From the IMG/VR virus record IMGVR_UViG_3300031957_002643, positions 186,001-250,000 of that record: a stretch of 64,000 bases of DNA; one strand, given 5' to 3'. The first letter of the stretch is position 1; the number at the start of each line of letters is the position of its first letter. The notes under the pieces were generated by a model. That model saw nothing but the letters and a program-made list of their open reading frames with translations. It made no database searches and was not told the origin of the DNA. Below are positions 1 to 9,500 of this stretch, piece after piece. The position numbers were made by a program, and so were the translations under genes.

Positions 1-2
1 CT

Positions 3-1019
3 ACAGATAATACTGTGGAATGGTTCACCAAGTTCTGTGACCAAAATGGAATTAATGGTGTTTGTCATTCTATTACGATTGATCCATGGCGTTTTGATCA
101 TGCTAGAAACGCCGGTCAAGCTTTGATCCCTAATGATGTAGATTGGGTGATTGATCTTGATTTGGATGAGGTGTTGGTTGATGGATGGCGGCAAGAATTA
201 GAAAAATCGATTGAAGAACAGCCACATGCTACACGCTTCAGATATCAGTTTGTGTGGTCATGGAATGATGATGGCACACCAGCAGTTCAATTCAATTCTG
301 ATAAAATCAGAACTCGAAAGAATTATTTTTGGAAGCATCCAGTACATGAATGTCTATACTTCTGGTCTAATGATGAGCGGCAAATAGAGTCATTTGGAAA
401 TACAGGGGTCAAGATTTACCATTTCCCTGATGAAACAAAACCGCGAAGTCAGTATATTGATTTGTTGAAGCATGCGGTAACGGAACAACCCAATGATGAT
501 CGAATGGCTCATTATTATGCTCGCGAATTGTATTTTTATAATCGATTTGTTGAGGCCATGCCTGAGTTCGAACGTCATCTGACGTTGGGTAAATGGGAAC
601 CTGAGCGTGCCATGAGTATGTGTTATATGGCGCGAATCTATCACGCATGGAAGCAACCCGACAAGGCAATCAAGACTGCACGTTTAGCGGTGGCTGAAAA
701 TCCGAATGCCCGTGAAACATGGATGACCATGGCTGATGTTTCTCATTTTAATGGCCAGCATATGGATTGCTTCCATGCAGTTGTGCAGGCTTTACGAATA
801 ACGGAACATCCAATGCTGTATATGAGTGATCCCAAAGCGTGGGGGTCTCATTTATATGATATCGGGTCTGTCAGTGCGTATAGTGTTGGAAATTTAACGG
901 TTGCCATTGATTGGTGTTCCAAGGCATTATCTTTGGACCCGAATAATGATAGAATCAAGATGAATTTGGAAAAGCTGGAAGGGGAAAAGAATGATCGAAA
1001 TAACCCTGAAGAGAGTTGA
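3..1019 (+). CDS. Glycosyltransferase family 2 with C-terminal TPR-like repeats (5' truncated by window edge)
   Basis: Frame is open from base 3 (TDNTVE, the end of the GT2 DxGSTDxT motif). Contains FDHARN, a DLDE (DxD) motif and W..PVHE, then helical TPR-like segments. Confidence 0.8.
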   Translation, partial: TDNTVEWFTKFCDQNGINGVCHSITIDPWRFDHARNAGQALIPNDVDWVIDLDLDEVLVDGWRQELEKSIEEQPHATRFRYQFVWSWNDDGTPAVQFNSDKIRTRKNYFWKHPVHECLYFWSNDERQIESFGNTGVKIYHFPDETKPRSQYIDLLKHAVTEQPNDDRMAHYYARELYFYNRFVEAMPEFERHLTLGKWEPERAMSMCYMARIYHAWKQPDKAIKTARLAVAENPNARETWMTMADVSHFNGQHMDCFHAVVQALRITEHPMLYMSDPKAWGSHLYDIGSVSAYSVGNLTVAIDWCSKALSLDPNNDRIKMNLEKLEGEKNDRNNPEES

Positions 1020-1182
1020 GCGCGAAATCAACCACCAGATGGATGACAAAGGAATGACTCGTGATGAGGCAAAAGTGTTTGTCACGAAAATGATCGCCAC
1101 AGTTCCACCCGGTCTTATTGAATTTGTCGATGATAGAGACCTCATTATAGAATATTTGGATAATTCTCGCGTCATTCATTGA
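991..1182 (+). CDS. Hypothetical protein
   Basis: 63-aa ORF overlapping the end of the previous gene, with GGAAGGGG upstream. Confidence 0.55.
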   Translation: MIEITLKRVEREINHQMDDKGMTRDEAKVFVTKMIATVPPGLIEFVDDRDLIIEYLDNSRVIH

Positions 1183-1280
1183 TTGTATCTATGTATCTCA
1201 ACGGATGGGACTATTGACAAGTTGGGTGTCTGGTCCCAAATTTAGAACTTCTGATGAAGCCAAAGGCATGGAGGAGACAT

Positions 1281-1520
1281 ATGAGTCTCAAATTGCAATC
1301 CGCAGACACCAACCAAATTGAAGTCATGATCGATGAATTTCGTTCTCTTTCAGAAGAGGCCGGATTGATTGGAATGGTGTCATCGGATGATGGTGGTGTT
1401 AGAAACTATTTGGATGACACCGAAGATGGTCGTCGTCTATCTGCGCAGCTAACTACTGTTCAAACCATGTGCAATGAGGTTGCTACTGCACTGGAAGAGC
1501 AGGTTCAAAAGGCTGAGTAA
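1281..1520 (+). CDS. Hypothetical protein
   Basis: Strong SD GGAGGAG before ATG 1281. Confidence 0.7.
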   Translation: MSLKLQSADTNQIEVMIDEFRSLSEEAGLIGMVSSDDGGVRNYLDDTEDGRRLSAQLTTVQTMCNEVATALEEQVQKAE

Positions 1521-1571
1521 CAAAATAGTTACTTCTGACCCGTTCGACAACTACACTGATCGGTTGCTCAT

Positions 1572-1579
1572 GATAAATA
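1572..1579 (+). promoter_or_regulatory. T4-late-like promoter GATAAATA
   Basis: TAAATA core 6 nt before ATG 1586; the same core recurs before many structural genes. Confidence 0.5.
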
Positions 1580-1585
1580 TACATC

Positions 1586-1987
1586 ATGAGCAACCGATTT
1601 ATTTCATTAGAGCAGAAGTTCAAAGCTGCCGCACAGTATGTGAAATCATTACATGCTGATCGTCAGGTCGATATTGATTCAAATGGCGAACCTGTTGTTA
1701 TTGGCATTGAAGAGATAGCTGATCAGCCAAATCTAATTCGCGTATTCATTAAGCGAAACAACAAAAAAGAAAATTTTGTCATCAGTAAGCGTGCTCGTAA
1801 GGCAGAGCCGATCAAGAAATCATTTGATTCTGATGATGGGTTTCGTAGAAGCGATTCCCGCCCTGTTGAAAAGAAAAAAGAGCCAGCGACTAATGAAGAA
1901 AAGTCTAATGGTGAAAGAAGTTACCGCGTGAGTAATAGTGAAGACTATGAAGAGTTGATCCGCACATTAATGAGGAATAACGACTAA
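1586..1987 (+). CDS. Hypothetical protein, basic and charged
   Basis: 133-aa ORF, coupled to the next gene by TAATG. Confidence 0.7.
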   Translation: MSNRFISLEQKFKAAAQYVKSLHADRQVDIDSNGEPVVIGIEEIADQPNLIRVFIKRNNKKENFVISKRARKAEPIKKSFDSDDGFRRSDSRPVEKKKEPATNEEKSNGERSYRVSNSEDYEELIRTLMRNND

Positions 1988-2757
1988 TGGTTACGAAGCA
2001 AGAGTGGACCAACAACGCAGCACTCGCTTTGATGACCAAAGCTCCAAACTATGATTATGATAGTGCGGTTGTTGAAATTGAAACATATTTGGCGAATACG
2101 GCTGGTGGATGGAATCCTGATGATGGTGGTGACCCTCTTGGTGATGGTGAACCAACTAACGCAGATAGTCCCGATGATGCAGCTACCGCAATTTATAATA
2201 CACAAGTGTCAGACACTAAAACAATCACATCTACAGTGGATTGTTCTATTAAATTGACTCACACTGGTTCTTTTCCTACCGGAACATCAACTGCAACTAT
2301 TCTTGCTGCATTGAAAGATGCTATGGAAGCTAGAATTGCAGCAGAGTTCAGTTTGTATGGCGGTGTGGACTTTATTGATGCAGATTGGGATAATGCCTCT
2401 TCATCGACAAGATTTACCGGCGCTTTGTCTCAAGCGGTTCGTCAGGAAGTAGAAAATTCGATTACTACCGACACGGTTTTGATCGATCCGGCAGCGATTG
2501 CCACCAATTATGTCCGAAACACTTATTCACTCGATAATACGTGGGTTGCGAAAATTGTTTATAATAGAAGCACGGATTATCCTATCATTGTAACAGTAGG
2601 GAAATATACGACATCCGCGTATGGAACCGAAGATGTAAGTTATATTGATGGTGATGATACTGTGACCTATCCCGGTTATGTTGTCCAAGTCGATAAAGAT
2701 ACACATCGTGTCCAGACCTGTAGTGTGTTCCCTGCTGAGACGAGAACACCAACATAA
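1987..2757 (+). CDS. Hypothetical protein, possibly virion-associated
   Basis: 256 aa, Thr/Asp/Ala-rich like the neighbouring structural proteins. Confidence 0.6.
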   Translation: MVTKQEWTNNAALALMTKAPNYDYDSAVVEIETYLANTAGGWNPDDGGDPLGDGEPTNADSPDDAATAIYNTQVSDTKTITSTVDCSIKLTHTGSFPTGTSTATILAALKDAMEARIAAEFSLYGGVDFIDADWDNASSSTRFTGALSQAVRQEVENSITTDTVLIDPAAIATNYVRNTYSLDNTWVAKIVYNRSTDYPIIVTVGKYTTSAYGTEDVSYIDGDDTVTYPGYVVQVDKDTHRVQTCSVFPAETRTPT

Positions 2758-2773
2758 ATTGTGTTAGGATAAA

Positions 2774-3307
2774 ATGACACCTAAACTACATTTCTTGACG
2801 TACAATCGGCGCAAGTCGGTTGATCGTTTCGTCCTTCAGGTTCAACCTTGGAACAAAGATAGCCAAGTTCATGCTGGCTTCGATGTTACTGAAATCATGC
2901 AAGAAGCTCTTCAAGAAGATAAGAAGCGCGGATTTGATTTCATGACTGGTCCTGCGTTTGGACATGAAGTATATCGTGCACTTGAATGTGGAAATGCCCA
3001 TGTTGGTATTTCTAATGCTTGGATTACGTCTGTGAAGACGCAAGACGAGAGCTTTATGGGATTTGTCGAGTCCTATATGCAGAATGCATATTCTGCACCT
3101 GCGTTTTTTGAATCGATTGACAAATTCAGAGAAAGACAAAATCTTCCTCGAAAGAGCATGATTCAAATGTCTGATGTTGATGTCTTGGATTTCAGACCAA
3201 TGATCAGATATCGTGGTAACTGGAAGAACTTCCGTAGCGAAAACGTAAATATCAAAAAGACGTATGACTATGGAACCTTCTTTAAAGATCAGCGAGACAG
3301 AAAGTAA
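2774..3307 (+). CDS. Hypothetical protein
   Basis: 177-aa ORF with AGGA SD. Confidence 0.7.
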   Translation: MTPKLHFLTYNRRKSVDRFVLQVQPWNKDSQVHAGFDVTEIMQEALQEDKKRGFDFMTGPAFGHEVYRALECGNAHVGISNAWITSVKTQDESFMGFVESYMQNAYSAPAFFESIDKFRERQNLPRKSMIQMSDVDVLDFRPMIRYRGNWKNFRSENVNIKKTYDYGTFFKDQRDRK

Positions 3308-3533
3308 ACCACTTTCTCAGTGTTCTCGATCAGAAACGGAAAAGCTGCTTAACACCTTGTTAGAAAAGCAAGGTCAAGCAGCTTTTCTGCCTCATGATAC
3401 CATTTACATGCAATTACAAGGCATGATCGACCAAGTTGAGTTCAGACTTGGACTGTTCGATAGTGGTTATTTGAAAGATACAAGTGCTTCAAAGAAAATT
3501 AGAAGACGCATCTCATTAATTGATGACGATTAG
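3264..3533 (+). CDS. Hypothetical protein
   Basis: 89-aa ORF filling the gap before the large gene; start uncertain. Confidence 0.5.
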   Translation: MTMEPSLKISETESKPLSQCSRSETEKLLNTLLEKQGQAAFLPHDTIYMQLQGMIDQVEFRLGLFDSGYLKDTSASKKIRRRISLIDDD

Positions 3534-3568
3534 CCTAATAAATAACATAAAAGGCTTATTCGGAATCG

Positions 3569-6500
3569 ATGACTGAACGTAGAGTATTTTCCCTATTACC
3601 AAAGTATTTTCAAACAGATGTCAATAAGCGCCTGCTTGGTGCTACTGATGATCTAGTATTTGAACCTGAAGATTTTGAGCGCATCGAAGGACAAATCGGT
3701 GACGATACAGATGTGTCCGAGTCTGATAAGGCTCGCTCTCCGTTCCTTCCAAATCTAAATCCAGAAGATGACAGATATCAACTTGCTCCATGTGTTGTGA
3801 CGTACAACAAAGATGGATCAGTTGCGAATGGATCATTCTATTCTGATTTGGTCGGTCATATTCTTGCTAATGGTGGTATCACGACCGATGAGTCTCGGTT
3901 ATTTGAATGTGAATATTTTTCATTCAATCCTCCTATCGTTGTTGATCATTGGGTTAATTTTTCCAAGTACTTCTGGACCGGTGACGGGACTGCCGCCGAC
4001 AACGGTGTCTATTTTGTAAAAGAACCAACGGCATCACAAACTGTTCTCTACTACGTCGAGACAGATGGATCAACGACGAAGAAATCTGTGATTTTGGATT
4101 CAAGCGGCCTTTTGGGTGCAGGCGCGACATATAATCCTTCTGGAAACACGACTGGCGCATTACGAGAAGATTGTACTGATGCAGAAAGAGCGATTTATCG
4201 TTGGGATGGTTCAGCATGGCAAATTGTTAATCTCTATCCGATTGATGATTTGGATAATCTACCAGCAGGAATTAATGCTGGTACCTACGTATATGTCGCT
4301 CGGGTCGGCAAAGAGTTTCAAAGACCAGTCATTTTTCACTACAGTTCGAAAGCCGGAAGATGGATTTCGAAGACACCAGTGATCGCCAACGTTGAACCGA
4401 CTAATCCAGTTGAGGGAATGATCTGGGAAGATTCGAGAACAGGCTCAACACGTAAGTTCTTGATTTACGATAACGAAAGTTGGGTTCCACTGACTTATAG
4501 TCATGTGACCACGATGACCGGAATTGGTACACCGGGAGAAGGTGATAATGTATATCGCTATTCTGCAAATGATTTCAGTGCGAGTGATGACCCGTGGCAG
4601 AAAGAAAGCTGGTGGGTGCATTACGAGGACTTCTCACCAACAGACAAATCCAAATATGCTGGAAACCAATCATCAAGACCTATTATCAAATTTTGGTCTA
4701 GTATTGAACAATACAATTTGTCGGATGCAATTGCCCAATATAATATCTATGGACTGAATACTAAAAACAATCCACTAAGAAAGCCGTTGTTTGAAGTATA
4801 CATGTTGGATGATGGTGCTATTGCAAAAGTCAGTACTTTGACTAATACTGATAGTACGCCTATTACTTTCAATGGTAATTCTATTTTTGAATACAAGGTC
4901 ACATCTTCCAATGTTGAAGATGAGATACTAAATCTGAAGCCAACTTATGACTCCACCGGGGAATTAGTATTTGATCTTACACTTGATAGTGCTCAATACT
5001 ACAAAGATAATGCACTGATCAAAGGATATCGTTTCTTTAAAGACACGTGGACGAATAAAATTCATTCTGTGTGGACGAAATCAGTTGATACTCTCTCATA
5101 TGATCAGAGTTCCAAGACTGTTCCTTTGAACTTGAGCAACAACCCAAACCACGACAATATTACCTCAATTAGTAGAAGTAATATTATCAACCATTACAGA
5201 AACATCATTTCATCTAACTCTACGGGTATTCCACTCGGTGATAACAGTTATAGATGGACCGATCATGATCCGGTCAACGGTGCCACTATTATTGATACTG
5301 AAGGGTCACTACTAATTCCAATGGCATTGGTTCAGGACGATCAATATGATCTTGCAGAATCGATCAGAATGATGGCTTTCGAGTACAATAGATTCATGCG
5401 CAGGTTCCACAATAGATTGAAAACATTGTGGAATTCTGGAAGCTATTCTACACCTGATGGAGTTTTGAGTGGAGTAACCGCAACCCAAATGGTTGATAAG
5501 GTCATTTCTGCGGTCACTCTTTTTTCCGATAGCAGTACGCCATTTTGGAATTCTGATATGGGAACCTATGTTGACGAAACGACATCAACGACGAAACCAA
5601 TTCTAATTCCACCATCAGTGTCACGGGTGGGGGCTGGTCCTGCGTATGCTCCTAGAAAATACACAACCGGGTCGATTACCTATATTCTATGCCATGATGG
5701 TACTGTATTGACGGCATATGGCGATGATCGTGATGATGTGATCCTGAATTTGGAAAACAGATTCTATGCCAAGGTTACAGCTAAGCGCAAGTTGGAAACA
5801 GTTAGCGAAAGTGCATTCCTTGATGGACACCAATTCTCATTGAGAAATTTCGTCGGTAATAGAACACCAGACACTAATATTGATGCTGTGGATGATATCG
5901 TAAACGATTATACGGCAGTCGTTTCACCGGCAGCAGACGATAGATATTATTCTAAAACTCATGGCTCATATGTTACGTACAATGGAAGTTCATGGGTCGT
6001 TAGAAAGGCTATCGCTGGTGATGTGTTCTTAGATAATGACGAAAACAAGACATACATCTTCAATGGTTTCGATATTTTTGAACTGAAAACGTATAACCGA
6101 AATGGATCGTTTGATTATTCCACAACCGATTACTATGCTGTCATTAGACGAGAATTTGAGAGATGGTACGTCGATCAAGGATTGGACCCAATAAGCAATT
6201 CTTCATACGATAGTTCGGACGAATGGACGTGGAATTATCACTCATTCGGATTTGAAGGGAATTGGGCCGGACTTTACAAGCGGGTCTATGGGACAGATCG
6301 TCCGCATGTTGCTCCATGGGAGATTCTAGGCTTTACTATAGAGCCTGAGTGGTGGACTGATGCTTATACGGCAGACAGCACGGACAGTGATGGTAATAAG
6401 CGGTACAATGCTTCAAACGGAATGTGGGCTGATTTAAAAACTGGAACATTGATTGCCGCTGAAGGCGTCGAAATCCCCACGAAGTTTCTTTTGAATAGTG

Positions 6501-9500
6501 ATGCTCCTGTTCCGGTGGATGCATCGGGGAATTTGGTTGATCCAATCACATCAGGATTAGTTTCACTTGACCAAGTATTAAACCCAGAACGGGATTGGAA
6601 CTATGGTGATTATAGTCCAATCGAACAACAGTTTAATAATTCATATCTGGGACCATATGCATATGCTCTGGCGGGTTATTTGATGAAGCCTGCCCGGTTT
6701 GTTGAATTCCTATGGTCAGATTATTCATTCACTATCGGTATGGACCAAAGTCTATTTGGTGGCCCTATCACAGTTGACGATGAAACACTAAAAAGACCGA
6801 AACTATCTGATCTAAAAATTCATTCTGAGGAAGAGAACCTTTCTAATCCCGGCATTAATGCATGGATTGCAGAGACATTGAACCTTTCACGCATTTCTCC
6901 CGTTGCATTTGGGGATATGTTGAGAAATACAAATGTTTCTCTTGGGTGGAAGACGAATGGGTTTATTGATAAGAAGTCAACAATAATCAAGACACCTTCT
7001 GGTGTCGAAATTCCATTCGAAGATGTACAATTGGCAGTCCATAAGGGTCTACCGGTTGAAAGTAAATTCCATTCTGGTGTCCAAATCCTAAAGCGCGGGT
7101 CAAAGTACCAAGTGTATGGCTATGATTACACCAATCCATTCTTCAAAATCAATTATTCAGCGAGACCATCTATAGGCGGCAGAACGACTATTGAAGAAAC
7201 CTATACGTCACAAGATGGTATTACATCATTTACCCTGACCAAGTTCAAAGTCGGAAGTGAAAATGATATCGCTAAGTTCACAGTTTTGATTGATGGTTTC
7301 AAGGTAGATTCTAAGTACATCAACATCACGAGCGCGACAACGTTTGAAATCTTTGATCCAAAATTATCATCAGGCCAACAAGTTTCTGCACAGTTAACAA
7401 CGACTTATACCAATCCAAGTACGAGAAGTCGCAAATTTAGTATAGGTGATACTGATTACTTCTATTACACATATAGAACCAACACTATCATTGAATACCC
7501 ATATGGTCATCAGTTCAACAGTCCACAGGAAGTAGTTGAGTTTTTAGCTGATCACGGAAACTATATGGAAGATCAAGGCTGGGAGTATGTTGCCGGTGAT
7601 GATTGGGTTGATGTGGCTAAGCGCTTTGCTTCATGGTCACAAACTGCAACCAATAATCAGATTTTCGTAGATGTACCCTCTGGTTTGGAATTAACACTGA
7701 AATCAAGCTTTGGTCATTTGGCCAATATTGAAAAACTGGTATATGGCGGATATAGCTTATTAGATATTGCTGCTCTTCCGATCAAAGAATTTGATACGTA
7801 CAGATTCGATGACAAGGTTACGGTCAAAACATCTGAATTGATTTTTGGACTACGTGCCAACATTGTTGATTACCAGCATGCAGTGTTTATTTCGAACAAA
7901 ACTCGCTTCAATGATTTGGTTTATGATCCATTCACGGGACTTAGACAGAAGAGATTAGAGATCAAATCATTACGAACCAAAGAATGGGCAGGCCGTATTG
8001 AGACGCCCGGATATGTCATTCTGGACGATGCACTAATTCCGAATTTTGAGAAATATACCAAAGACTTCATTCGTTATTATGACATGCATAACCCTGTATC
8101 TGATCCAAAATTCAGAGATCAGGCGTTCAATCTTTATGGATGGTACTATAAAGACTATATGCGTGAGATGAATATTAATGACATTCAAGCGTTGAAGTTT
8201 CACAAGAGTGCTATCCGTGAAAAGGGGACCAGACGTGCGGTTTCCGGTTTCTCTGTGGCCAAAGATAATGAAGCACCATTAGAAATTTATGAATGCTGGG
8301 CATGGAAAGAGGGCGAATTTGGCAAGACTCCTTATGATAATCCGATCCGGTTCAGCTTATTCGAAAGTGATTTCAGAAATAGAATTCAAGGCGTCAAGTT
8401 TGGAACAACTGACGAAAGCAATGTCATTGAGGTGACTAATTATGACCGCAGTGCATCTCATGACCGCTGGGTGGTAGCTCCACGTGGAACCAATTTCGAA
8501 TTCCCAATGACCGGAGATATCCCAAGCTCAGACTATGATATTAGACTGGTTGTATTGGAAGACGAAACAGTCAGCAAGAAAATGTTCCATTTTGATCCAT
8601 CTAACGGATTACACGAGCCGAATGCATATTCTCAGATTGATATTGAAACAGCATTTGATCCTGCATACTACAACAAGGGTACTGCTCGTACAGGAGAAGG
8701 GTTCGAATGGGCTGAAACTCGTGTTGGAACCATTTGGTGGGATACGACATACCGAGAATACGCGGACTATCACAACACCTCTCTCACGATTAAAGAAGCA
8801 GCAGAGCTATGGGGATCGTTGAAGAAGTTTTCTATCTCTAATACAACATTTGCTAATAGTTCTACCAAGCTTACATCTACGGTAGAGGCCGGACACAATT
8901 TTGTTGTTGATCAGGCAATTATTGTTGAAAACAAAGAGGGAAGAAGACTTAATGGTGTTATTGATGGTGTCAGTGGTAACTCAATAACTTACACCCTGTT
9001 TGATGGTCCAGAAACGATTGCTATTCTAAACAATCCTATTCTATTGTCGAACCTAGTCTCGATGACGAACCGTAGTATTGATGTTTATGAGTGGATAGAA
9101 TCCAAAGTTCCACCATCACAATTCACGTCAGAAGATGGTGACGTGAGTGTTTACAATCCATTGGACCCTTCATACACCGAAGTCACAAGATCGGATAATT
9201 CAAAGAGGTACTATTTTTGGGTCACGAACAGAAAAACAGTAGCTAATGGGAAATTCTTATCGATTTACCAGATTTCTAATCAGTTGAGAGACCCAACATC
9301 AAATCTTCTTCCATGGTTTGGTGTATTGAATAAGAATTCTATGATTTTCAATGCTTCATCGCTTGAGACTAGAAATGATCTATCCATTCAGGTGTTCACT
9401 TATCCAAAACAACACGAAGAACACGATCAGTGGGCCATTTTGGTCGAAGACGACAACCGTTCATACGTCAATGAATCGACCGTCGAAAAGATCATCGATA

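Noticed and set aside
1251-1275. CTGATGA followed by a small stem, suggestive of a hammerhead ribozyme core
   Set aside because: No GAAA after stem II and no stems I/III
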